Counted from the stretch's first letter, positions 1 through 11,019 are shown. The stretch: DNA of 64,000 bases from Eledone cirrhosa (GCA_964016885.1 OZ024745.1:115072001-115136000); one strand, 5' to 3'. Notes: generated from the sequence alone by a model not told the origin. Translations and numbers: made by a program.

Positions 1-242
1 AACAGACATTCTTGGATTCTTCTGGATATTTCGATTGCGAAAATAATAGAAAGAAGATGATAATTTTAATATTACAAACAAAACGAAGGATTAGAAAAGC
101 AATGGATATTAAAAGAAATAGAGTACAATCTCTTTTGAAGACTGAAGTATCATCATGAGATACTTTGTATTATAGTTAAACGGAAAAAAAGAAAAAAAAA
201 AGAAACTTTCAAAGAAGGAAATACAGGAATAAAAATAAAATT

Positions 243-267
243 ATGGAGGATTATAATTCCTATTTAG
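243..267 (+). CDS. Candidate first coding exon of an unidentified host gene (MEDYNSYL + phase-1 intron)
   Basis: Unique non-repetitive sequence 1-267; ATG at 243 is open to a perfect donor AG|GTGAGT at 267/268. No downstream exon confidently found. Confidence 0.35.
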
Positions 268-384
268 GTGAGTAATACATGACTTTGACAATTTTTACAT
301 TGCTTTCTATACTATATCATATCATGTTAAGGATGCACATGTTGGTAGAAGCAAGCATGTATTCAGCATTGTATTTATGTTTGT

Positions 385-389
385 ATGTA

Positions 390-450
<61 letters not shown>

Positions 451-565
451 ACATATATATTTTCAAGTGATATGGGGGTCCGTTTCCTTGTTACCACTTC
501 TGACCCCTTTTTTTCCATCTTTTTTTTTACAGTAATATTATCTGCATTTGGGATGCTCACATTTT

Positions 566-628
<63 letters not shown>

Positions 629-880
629 TTAAGTATACATACATACATATATATATATACACATACATACATATATATATATATGTATACATACATATAT
701 ATATATGTATACATACATACATATATATATATACACATACATACATATATATATATGTATACATACATATATATATATGTATACATCATATATATATATG
801 TATACATACATACATACATATATATATGTATTCATACATACATATATATATATGTATGCATATATATATATATATATGTA
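385..880. repeat. (TA)n/(TACA)n compound microsatellite (representative of dozens across the window)
   Basis: Direct reading; source of the YIYI/HTHT ORFs. Confidence 0.95.
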
Positions 881-1011
881 TTCCTGATGATTTCTAAAGA
901 ATGAAACAGTTCTAGTCCTGTAGAATCTCATCTATATTAAAACTTTTATACTCTGCTTCGTATTGAGTACCTTACTTACTGTGGTTACCTCCGATTCAAC
1001 CCGGAATAACG
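878..1011 (+). mobile_element. Penelope-like terminal fragment, family D
   Basis: Homologous to 8140-8316, 47428-47612 and 52573-52778; flanked by (TA)n; hammerhead plus TACTC...GAGTA tail. Confidence 0.65.
880..926 (+). ncRNA. Type I hammerhead ribozyme motif (family D)
   Basis: ATTC-CTGATGA-tTTCtaaaGAAt-GAAA-CAG ttctagtc CTG-TA^-GAAT: core boxes, stems I and III intact; stem II short with a U-U first pair. Confidence 0.65.
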
Positions 1012-1042
1012 TATATATATTTTTATATATATATATATATAT

Positions 1043-1343
1043 TGCAATCAAAAGGTTGTGAGTTCAATTCTCAGAGCGGGTGATGTGTTGTTTCCTTGAG
1101 CAAGACACTTTATTTCACATTGCTCCAGTTTACTCAGCTGTAGAAATGAGATGATAGGGACCCTAGTCCCTATCATTCCACTGCAAAGTGGTCGTGGAGG
1201 TGCCATGGCAAAAAAGCACCCACCACTCACTGTAAATGAGGTTGGTGATAGGAAGGGCATCCAGTTGTAGAAATCAAGCCAGAATCAGTTCCCGTCCCAC
1301 CCTTGCAAGCAGGGAAAAAGCGGACGTAAAATGAAATGAAATG

Positions 1344-1345
<2 letters not shown>
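1043..1345 (+). mobile_element. tRNA-derived SINE family 1 (RTE-type tail), 5'-truncated
   Basis: Near-identical to full copies at 45131 and 47058; B box GTTCAATTC; (ATGAA)n tail. Confidence 0.85.
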
Positions 1346-1386
<41 letters not shown>

Positions 1387-1770
1387 TTCGCTTTTTGTTG
1401 TTTTCAATCATTAAACTGTGGCAATGTTGGAACACTGCCTTGAATCGACCCCCAGGAATAATTTTTTCAAATCTGGTATCTATCTTATTGATCCCTTTTT
1501 GCCAAGTTGCTAAGTTATGGCATATAAACAAAGAAATGAACACACACACACACATGCATATTATATGTATATATATTTTTAAATATATATATAGGTATTA
1601 AATGATGATAATGGTGATGATGGTGATGATGATGATACAACAGGCTTCCATACAGTTTCTATCTACGAAAAATTTTACTCTCAAAGCATTAATCAACACA
1701 GAGTTATATTAGAAAAGAATTGTGAATTTCATAACTGCACAGTCACGCCTGCACTTATATATATATATAT

Positions 1771-2007
1771 GTAAAGTTCTATTTAAATTGTTGGGATACG
1801 ACAAGCAAATATTTTTATAACTGATATAAAGCACTCAACAAATATTTGGAGTAAAAATACGATATTAATAAATGGAAACTATATTTATAAAACCATATTT
1901 ATTTCATTATACATATTTCAAGGACACCAAGTTAAATTATGGTGTGCTTTCATCAGATAAAATATAATATAGAACAGTTTTATAAATAAATATTGACATA
2001 CCCTTAA
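1771..2007 (-). mobile_element. Penelope-like terminal fragment, family B, with hammerhead (minus strand, 1897-1966)
   Basis: Matches 7244-7546; TCATCAG at 1950-1956 is CTGATGA on the minus strand. Confidence 0.65.
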
Positions 2008-2159
2008 AGAATGCAACCATTACTGTTGGAAGCTCCTGGATAGTCTATCTATGTATGTATATATGTATCTGTATGAGTGCAGGTGTGTGTGGATGTTTGT
2101 TTGAAAAATGAAAAGAATGATCTTTCTTATTATTTTAAAGATATATTTTACTGAACAAT

Positions 2160-2192
<33 letters not shown>

Positions 2193-2223
2193 CGTGTGTG
2201 TGTATATTTATATATATATATAT

Positions 2224-2550
2224 GAAGGCGCATGGCTTAGTGGTTAGAGCAATCGAAAGGTTGTGAGTTCAATTCTCAGACCGGGTGATGTGCTGTTTCC
2301 TTGAGCAAGACATTTTATTTCACATTGCATAGAAATGAGATGCAAAGTGGTCGTGGAGGTGTCACAGCAAAAAAAGCACCCAGCCCACACTGTAAAGTGG
2401 ACGTGTAGGTGCCACGGAAAAAAAGCACCCAGCACTCACTGTAAATGAGGTTGGTGTTAGGAAGGGCATCCAGCTGTAGCAATCAACCCAGAATCAGTTC
2501 CTGTCCCACCCTTGAAAGCAGGGAAAAGCGGACGTAAAATGATGATGATG
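2224..2550 (+). mobile_element. SINE family 1 with internal deletions
   Basis: A box TGGCTTAGTGG, B box GTTCAATTC, (GAT)n tail. Confidence 0.85.
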
Positions 2551-2558
2551 ATATATAT

Positions 2559-3982
2559 GACCTCGCACTTATAGCTGAATCTATGTAGAACTAGAGAAGA
2601 AATTCCAAACTTGGAAGCAGGGACTAGAAAGAAAGGGTCTCAAAGCCAACTAAGGTCCTTGTAAGTAGACGAGAAAACAGAACCCAGATACCCTCAGGGA
2701 AATGGCCTTGCTCAGTATGTAGGAAAGGTGTAGGTAGGAACTCTATTCTCTGCCTCAAATGCAAACAATGGGTACACAAGAGATGTAGCGAGATCTCAGG
2801 AAGCTTAACTAAGAATGTAGGCTCTATATGTAGCAGCTGTGTTGGGACAGCAAGCAGCAAACAGCCACAGGAAACAAGTACCGCCAAACTTCGGGAGGGT
2901 TCTGTAGAAACAGTAGACAGCTTCTGCTACCTAGGTGACCGAATTAGCAGCGGAGTTGGTGTTCGGAAAGTACAATAACTAGGCTAAGAATGGGATGGAA
3001 GAAGTTAAGGGAGCTACTGCCACTGCTAGCTGCAAAAGGCTTTTCCCTCAAAATGAAAGGCAGACTGTATGATGCGTGTATACGAATAGCAATGTTACAT
3101 GGTAGTGAGACCTGGGCACTGTGTGTAGAAGACTTGCGTAGATTAGAAAGAAACGAAGCCTGCATGTTCCAATGGATGTGTAATAGTAATATACGCGAAC
3201 GGCAAAGCATAAATGAATTGAGAGAGAGACTGAGCATAAGAGGAATCAAATGCTGAGTGCAGTAGAAGCGGTTGCATTGGTAGGGACATGTTGACATGTG
3301 ATGCTTATGAAGGATGACAGCTGCATAAAAAGGTGCAGAGCACTAGAAGTCAATGGAAACCACAGAGTGGGGAGACCCAAGAAGACCTGGGATTAGGTGA
3401 TAAAAGCCGACCTTATCCAATTACACCTCTCAAAGGTGATGACACACGACCGTGACCTCTGGCATCACGCAGTAATACAGAAGACCCGACCCCCCACGGG
3501 TACAAACCGAAGCTGAAGCATATAGACAATATGCCCCCACACCCTCCCACTGCAAAGTGGTCTTGGAGGTGCCATGGCAAAAAAGCACCCAGCCCACACT
3601 GTAAAGTGGACATGTAGGCGCCACGGAAAAAAGCACCCAGCACTCACTGTAAATGAGGTTGGTGTTAGGGAGGGCATCCAGCTGTAGAAATCAATCCAGA
3701 ATCAGTTCCCGTATGAGCAAGACAAGGTCAGCCAACCAGACACTGCCCACAACAGGACAACCTGTCTAACCTCATCATCACCGTTTTACATCTGTTCTTC
3801 CACGCTAGCATGGGTTAGACAAGTTGTCCTGTTGTGGGCAGTGTCTGGTTGGCTGACCTTGTCTTGCTCATACGGGAACTGATTCTGGATTGATTTCTAC
3901 AGCTGGATACCCTCCCTAACACCAACCTCATTTACAGTGAGTGCTGGGTGCTTTTTTCCGTGGCGCCTACATGTCCACTTTA
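2559..3982 (+). mobile_element. RTE-clade LINE (family A), 5'-truncated and decayed, with inverted duplication of its 3' UTR
   Basis: Translates to GWKKLRELLPLL...MLHGSETW, homologous to the 53342-54466 ORF, with stops; 3' UTR 3490-3771; inverted copy 3772-3982. Confidence 0.9.
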
Positions 3983-3993
3983 TATATATATAT

Positions 3994-4177
3994 CATCATC
4001 ATCATCATCATCATCATCATTTTACGTCCGCTTTTCCCTGCTTGCAAGGGTGGGACGGGAACTGATTCTGGCTTGATTTCTACAGCTGGATGCCCTTCCT
4101 AACACCAACCTCATTTACAGTGAGTGCTGGGTGCTTTTTTGCCGTGGCACCTCCACGACCACTTTGCAGTGGAATGA

Positions 4178-4178
<1 letters not shown>
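3994..4178 (-). mobile_element. SINE family 1, 3' portion
   Basis: Reverse complement of the SINE tail including (CAT)n; (TA)n on both sides. Confidence 0.85.
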
Positions 4179-4213
<35 letters not shown>

Positions 4214-4216
<3 letters not shown>

Positions 4217-4380
4217 TTATTAAAATAACAGATTAAAGTTTAAGCAAAGAATTGCTGCTTTCACCCTTAATCTGTTATTTTAATAAATATTTGCTCTACG
4301 GTTTTTATATATATTTATATATATATAATCCTTATCAAGCCCTCTTCGTATTTTAGACTTCACACTTTATTTATTATTAC
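4214..4380 (+). mobile_element. Penelope-like fold-back fragment, family A
   Basis: Homologous to 26521-27102; short inverted arm plus tail ending TTATTATTAC. Confidence 0.7.
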
Positions 4381-4475
4381 TATATATGTCCGTACCTGGT
4401 ATGGTATCACTGTAATGACTGGCTTTAATAATTATATATATGTATATATATATATATGTATGTATATATATATAT

Positions 4476-4510
<35 letters not shown>

Positions 4511-4516
4511 ATATAT

Positions 4517-4637
4517 AACGAAGGAAATGTGGTAAGGAACCAGGTGGACCATAACGCACCAAAGTACTCAATACTTAGGGTAGTAGAGTGGGTAATAGGA
4601 ACAAGTAAGACCCCCGTCGAAACGGCTTGAGCTCAGC
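4517..4637 (-). mobile_element. Penelope-like fold-back fragment, family C
   Basis: Tail essentially identical to 5270-5367 and 61910-62007. Confidence 0.7.
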
Positions 4638-4707
4638 AGAGGAAGCAGCTCCCTAAACTTCTTCTAACTCGTCCTTATTCTAGATACTATGGCCTTATTC
4701 TAGATAC

Positions 4708-4813
<106 letters not shown>

Positions 4814-4854
4814 CATATACATATATATATATATATATGTATGTATATATATAT

Positions 4855-4906
<52 letters not shown>

Positions 4907-4942
4907 ATATATATATACATATATATATATATAAACATATAT

Positions 4943-5202
4943 GTAATTATTAAAGCCAGTCATTACAATGCCACCATACCAGGTACGTATGCTTTGTTAG
5001 TACTGGGGCCCAATATCTTCAACCTGTGCTGATAAAAATGAACCAGCACAGGTTGAACAAGCTGGTCCTAAGGGCTAATGAAACGTATGTACCTGGTATA
5101 AGGGATTTGTAGTAACTGGCCTTATAAATTATATTCAAACTAACTCTACAGATTTGAGTTACACTATACCTTGGATAATTTTACTTACCTATTACTACAA
5201 TA

Positions 5203-5205
<3 letters not shown>
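4943..5205 (+). mobile_element. Penelope-like fold-back fragment, family G, with degenerate hammerhead
   Basis: Diverged inverted arms; CAGG-TTGAA(G/C)A...GAAA-CGTATG-TA^-CCTG; related piece at 4388-4433. Confidence 0.55.
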
Positions 5206-5269
<64 letters not shown>

Positions 5270-5271
<2 letters not shown>

Positions 5272-5475
5272 CGAAGGAAATGTGGTAAGGAACCAGGTGG
5301 ACCATAACGCACCAAAGTACTCAATACTTAGGGTAGTAGAGTGGGTAATAGGAACAAGTAAGACCCCGACGGCTGAGCTCAAGCTGTTTCGACGGCTAAT
5401 TCTAAAATATTGCATTCCTGGTTCAGAATTAGCTTTCGAAACGGCTTGAGGTCAGCCGTCGGGGTCTTACTTGTT

Positions 5476-5480
<5 letters not shown>
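5270..5480 (-). mobile_element. Penelope-like fold-back fragment, family C
   Basis: Inverted arms around 5404-5424; hammerhead 3' half GAAA-CGGCT..AGCCG-TC^GGGGTC; (TA)n on both sides. Confidence 0.75.
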
Positions 5481-5543
<63 letters not shown>

Positions 5544-5547
<4 letters not shown>

Positions 5548-5606
5548 GTATAAATCGAAGTTGTAGCTGCCATATATATATATATACACACACATATATA
5601 TATATA

Positions 5607-5659
<53 letters not shown>

Positions 5660-5687
5660 GGCAGCTACAACTTCGATTTATACCTAA
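5544..5687. repeat. Perfect 28-bp inverted repeat enclosing a microsatellite
   Basis: TTAGGTATAAATCGAAGTTGTAGCTGCC at 5544-5571 and its reverse complement at 5660-5687. Confidence 0.85.
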
Positions 5688-5774
5688 TATATATATATCT
5701 AATATATATATATATATATATATATATCTACTGTAAAACTCATTCTCTGATATACTCATTGAATCTTGTTTAAC

Positions 5775-5824
<50 letters not shown>

Positions 5825-6180
5825 GCATATATATATATATACACACACACATATATATATACACACACATATATATATGTGTATGTATACACTCATACCA
5901 ATACATAAATATGAATATATATAATACATACATACACACATTTAATTGTGAGAATGCTTATATGTTAGGCTATTGATTTCTGTACGAGTGAATATATGTC
6001 AGCACGTGGATATTATTGAATATATAAATAAAATATTGCATTCCTGGTGCAGTTTGAACCAGTGGACTTTTGATGAAAAGGTCAGCTAGAAACATTTTAC
6101 CTCGTGTGGTCATTTTAATGTTTTTATATAATTCTTACATTAATATATAATGGACTTATATGTCTGGCAAAACATACAAC

Positions 6181-6918
6181 ATCATCATCATCATCATCAT
6201 CATCAGGTTTAGCGTCCGTGTTCCACGCTTGCATGGGTTTGGACGGGGGTTTTTCCCACTTGAGGCAAGAGTGGTTGTCTTGCTCGCATAGGACTGTCTG
6301 GCGGGTTTTCTACAGTTGGATGCCCTTCCTAACACCAACCACATTTACAGTGTGGGGCTGGGAGGTTTTTACCGTGTTGCCTACACGGCCACATTACAGC
6401 GTGGACTGTCTGGCGGGGTTTCTACAGTTGGATGCCCTTCCTAACACCAACCACATTTACAGTGTGGGGCTGGGAGGTTTTTACCGTGTTGCCTACACGG
6501 CCACATTACAGCGTGGACTGTCTGGCGGGTTTTCTACAGCTGGATGCCCTTCCTAACACCAACCACATTTACAGTGTGGGGCTGGGAGGTTTTTACCGTG
6601 TTGCCTACACGGCCACATTACAGCGTGGACTGTCTGGCGGGTTTTCTACAGCTGGATGCCCTTCCTAACACCAACCACATTTACAGTGTGGGGCTGGGAG
6701 GTTTTTACCGTGTTGCCTACACGGCCACATTACAGCGTGGACTGTCTGGCGGGTTTTCTACAGCTGGATGCCCTTCCTAACACCAACCACATTTACAGTG
6801 TGGGGCTGGGAGGTTTTTACCGTGTTGCCTACACGGCCACATTTACAGCGTGGACTGTGTGTTTTTTTGTCGTGACACCTACACGATCTCATTTGTTTCG
6901 GCCTGGATGTTGTGGGAC

Positions 6919-6924
<6 letters not shown>
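6181..6924 (-). mobile_element. RTE family A 3' UTR with a 112-bp unit amplified about 5 times in tandem (6291-6857)
   Basis: Matches single-unit UTR at 52944-53240; identical ORFs recur at 6432, 6544 and 6656 (112-bp spacing). Confidence 0.9.
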
Positions 6925-6949
<25 letters not shown>

Positions 6950-7032
6950 TTTTATAGTCATATAGAAATGCAAATGTATGTGTGTCTGTGTGTCTGTATG
7001 GGTGTGCATATGTTTGTGTGTGTATGTATATA

Positions 7033-7130
7033 CAGGGTGTCCTCAAAAATGTATACACAAAGGCTGTGCATCTAATAAATATTGCCTGTACAGGTAATCA
7101 AATGTCTATACATTTTTTTGGGACACCCTC
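7033..7130. mobile_element. Tc1/mariner-type MITE
   Basis: TA-CAGGGTGTCCTCAAAAATGTATACACA ... TGTCTATACATTTTTTTGGGACACCCTC-TA imperfect TIRs. Confidence 0.7.
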
Positions 7131-7210
7131 TATACATACAGCGTGAACCTAATACTAACACTTTGTACTGTACTCTTCGTTATTGTTTTTGTTTTCTGTT
7201 TTAACTTACA

Positions 7211-7243
<33 letters not shown>

Positions 7244-7546
7244 GTAAAAGTTCTATTTAAATTGTTGGGATACAACAAGCAAATATTTTTATAACTGATA
7301 TAAAACACTCAACAAATAATTGGAGTAAAAATACGATATTAACAAATGGAAACTATATTTATTAAGGGTATGTCAATATTTATTTATAAAACTGCTCTAT
7401 ATTTTATTTTATTTTATTTTATTTTATTTTATTTTATTTTATTTTATCTGATGAAAGCACACCATAATTTAACTTGGTGTCCTTGAAATATGTATAATGA
7501 AATAAATATGGTTTTATAAATATAGTTTCCATTTGTTAATATCGTA
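7244..7546. mobile_element. Penelope-like fold-back fragment, family B
   Basis: Minus-strand tail 7244-7361, then plus-strand segment 7362-7546 carrying the hammerhead; (TA)n on both sides. Confidence 0.75.
7438..7506 (+). ncRNA. Minimal type I hammerhead ribozyme (family B)
   Basis: TTTATTTTAT-CTGATGA-AAGCACACC(loop)GGTGTCCTT-GAAA-TATGTA-TA^-ATGAAATAAA; 10-bp stem I, 8/9-bp stem II, self-complementary stem III. Confidence 0.75.
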
Positions 7547-7549
7547 TAA

Positions 7550-7592
<43 letters not shown>

Positions 7593-7950
7593 TTACAATA
7601 ATCAAAGTTCAGTTTAAGTCATTTATTTGCTTACAATTGTTTCCTCCAAACCGAGGTTTGGATTCTTCGGAGCAACTATTTACTGATCTATAACATACTT
7701 GACCTCCTTTTCAACCCAAGAGACACATAAAACATATGCGCATTTATATGATAAAATGCACTCAGTATATGCTGCAAAGGGGTTGACTTTACAAAGAGCA
7801 TCCAGCCATAGAAACCAAGCCTACAACAGAATGTATGAGCAAGACGTGGTCACCCGAACTGTCTCACCTCAGAATGTGACAACTCATTTAACCCATGCAA
7901 ACATAGAAAATAAGAACTAAATGGTGATGATGATAATGATGTTGATGATG

Positions 7951-7987
<37 letters not shown>

Positions 7988-8139
7988 GGGTTTACAAACA
8001 AGAAAAAGCATATACTCACACATAGCTATAAACATAATTATGTATATATACAGTCTAACTCATGCAAGCATGGAAAATTGATAATGACAATATATTTACA
8101 CTTATTAATCCAAGAATCATTACTCATTTATATATATAT

Positions 8140-8316
8140 AATATAGAAAAGGCTTTTACAGGACTAGAACTGTTTCATTCGGGAGCTTCCTGATGATTTC
8201 TCCCGAATGAGAGTTCTAGTCCTGTAGAAGCCTTTTCTATATTAAATATTTATACTCTGCTTTGTATTGAGTACCTTACTTACGGTGGTCACCCCCAATT
8301 GAACCTGGGATAAACT
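8140..8316 (+). mobile_element. Penelope-like fold-back fragment, family D
   Basis: Inverted arm 8140-8185; GCTTC-CTGATGA...CTG-TA^GAAGC (GAAA box damaged in the right arm); tail hairpin. Confidence 0.7.
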
Positions 8317-8654
8317 TATATATATATATATATATATATGAATAGTTCTGACATAATATATATATATAAATCATTATCATCACTATCATTTTACATTCAT
8401 TTGCCATACTGGTATAGGTAGGATGGGTCATCAAAGTTTGAGACAAAATGTGGTTGGATAACCTTATCTTGCTCATATGTTCCATATTTTGGTATGGTTT
8501 CTCTAACTGGATGTCCTCCTGAACACCAACCACTTTACAGAATGTTTTGGGTGCATTTTAGAATGACACCAGCATTACCACTTCATAGAATATACTTGGT
8601 GTATTTTATTGTGGCACCAGCACTAACACTTTATAGAGTATACCCAGTCTTTAC

Positions 8655-9235
8655 TCACGATTCATGACCATAGGTAAGGGTTGGCATGAATACCGAATTG
8701 AAGATAGTGAGTTTGGCTTTTACACCTACCCCTCTTCTTTGGAAGACTGAATGCCAAAGCTAGCACATTATTGCACCAGCTCCTGCAACTTTTACACTTA
8801 ATTCAGCCTCCTGTTTTCCATCACTCATGAACACAGGCCCAAGGTACTTGAACTCCACCTGCTTCAGGAGAACTCCACTCACATGTGGAGTGCACTGCAC
8901 AGGCTTTCTTGAGAGAATGAGTGTGTCAGTCTTTGCAGCACTGGTTTTTATTCCAGCCATGTAGCACTCAGCATCAAACCATTCAAGTGCATGTCAAATA
9001 TCACCTTCTGATGAGTTAAGTAACACCATGTCATTTGCAAATACTAGCTAACTGGTTCTACACTTGCCAGTCAAGATACCACTTCAACCTGGCTGCACAT
9101 GTCAATCATGTTTATGAAGATTATGAACAGGAGAGCTAACAGTATGCACCCTTGGTGGAGTCTGACTCCCATATTGAATGGTTTTAATTTAGCACCATCA
9201 ATCTGAACTCAACTATTAGGGCATTCGTATAGACA
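8655..9235 (-). mobile_element. RTE-clade LINE family B (Expander/Rex3-like), decayed RT
   Basis: QVEFKYLG...DGKQEAEL and LTYGHES-like translation; homologous to 35560-36125. Confidence 0.75.
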
Positions 9236-9239
9236 ATTG

Positions 9240-10515
9240 CTATACCTGATTCCTTTTATACTCAGCTTTTCTCTCAGCTGACTTATACTTTGTCATTCTT
9301 ACACACTAACATTATACATCTAGTAGAGCATGCCTGCTGCACTTCTTTCCAGTTGTCATAAATCTTTTTCATTCGTAGCCCACATTACACTACCATGCAG
9401 CATAGCAGTTCAAACACAAACATGCTTCAACCTGAGAAAAGCTCTTTGTTGCCAGCAAAGGTAACAGTCATCTAAACTTCTTCCATGCTGTTCTAATTCT
9501 GGTTAAATTACAACCATTTGCTAATGTTGTCACCTCAATAGAAAAAATACTATCTACTACTTCTAGTGAGCCTTTTGTGCATTTGAGAAAGTTTATTTCA
9601 TGAGTACCCTTAGTGTTGACTACTCTTTGCATCTGTCATATATGAAGTCTACTTTTCTTGTTGGCCTTTGATCCCACTACATCTCTTATGCATCTATCAT
9701 ATACTTTGGGTACATCACATGGAGTTACTACCTACTCCTTTTCTGCATATTGAGCATAGACATCTCTGATGGTACAGAGTCCTATTCTAAAACTTTAGTT
9801 TTTGTTAGGTTTACTTTAAGGCCGTTCAATTCCAGATTTTGTTTCTATACCTAGAACTTCTCTAGTTCTTCAGAGGCTATGAGGGCTAGATCATCAGCAT
9901 ACAAGGGTTCCTTGAACAACCAATCATGAATTCCTCTGTTATAATAAACAGGAGGGGGCCAAGGACTAAACCTTTATGGACTGACTCCCAACTGCACACT
10001 AAATTTGTTACTATACTTGTTGCTGACTCTCAGCTTTTTGGTTACTCCTCAGTACAAGGCCTCAAAAGCCACTCTTCTATCCAATTTTCTAAACAATTAC
10101 CTATAGTGATTGATTGTTATTACAGTTATTTTTTTATATTTGGGACTCTCAGATTTTCATATATATATCCACATCAACATTATCATCATCATCATCATCA
10201 TCACATGTGGCTACATGTTTCAACATGTGCATGGGAGAAGGTGTAATGCCTCATGCCAGACATCTCGGTCCTATGTCATTGCCTTAGAGAGGTGCAACTG
10301 TGCACGGTCAGCTTTTATCACCTAATCACAAGTCTTCCTAGGTCTTCCTACTGCATAACTTTCACCAACTTTGAGTGCACTGCACCTTTTTATACAACTG
10401 TCACCCTTTATACACAACACATCACATGTCCATACCAACGTAATCTCTTGTGCTGCACACTACATCTGATCCGTCTTATGCTCAATTTCTCTCTTAGTTT
10501 ATTTATGCTTTGCCA
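9240..10515 (-). mobile_element. Old RTE family A fragments
   Basis: Decayed matches to YADDL, Cys-rich insert and MLHGS motifs. Confidence 0.7.
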
Positions 10516-11019
10516 TTCATTTCATCATCATCATCATCATCGTTTAATGTTCAGTTTCCATGTTAGCATGGGTTATATATATAATTAATTGAGAGACAAA
10601 ACTTGTTGAAAAGAATGGACATAGCTTTGGTCCTTTCACTAATCATTCAATAATCAATTAAGTTTGTATTATCAAAATTCAAACCCAACTGTTTAGAGTG
10701 CACTTGTACGTTAATCAGTGAGGAAGACGACTACGTGTGGGTAAGATATTTGAGATACCCAGACCGATACATCAGTTTCTATGGTTCTGATCTGCTGGCA
10801 GTATTCTGAATGGAACAACCATATGCAGAATATTAGGTAATGTTATTATACATTACGTAATTTGGCATGAGACAGTGTTGTCAGCAGGAGTTTGCCTCCC
10901 TGTAATGGAAAGATGAATATGGTGTGCCAATATCTTCAGTTGGTGGTTGCATGTGGGTGTAGTAGTTTTGAACTTCTAGTGATGCATGGCATAACATCAA
11001 AGAGAAGATAAACCAGGTA

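Noticed and set aside
279-931. Many ORFs of YIYI, HTHT or CVCV composition here and throughout
   Set aside because: Translations of stop-free microsatellites.
6066-6100. TTGATGA...GAAAC hammerhead-like string
   Set aside because: Stems I-III cannot be formed convincingly.
6291-6857. Regular repeat arrays as possible CRISPR (also 24481-24830, 36480-36960, 44948-45067)
   Set aside because: No unique spacers, no cas genes, eukaryotic context; units derive from retroelements or minisatellites.
10696-11016. Possible exons with GTAAG/GTATG donors; also acceptors at 37684 and 51830
   Set aside because: Weak acceptors or early stops and no recognisable protein; not supportable without transcripts.
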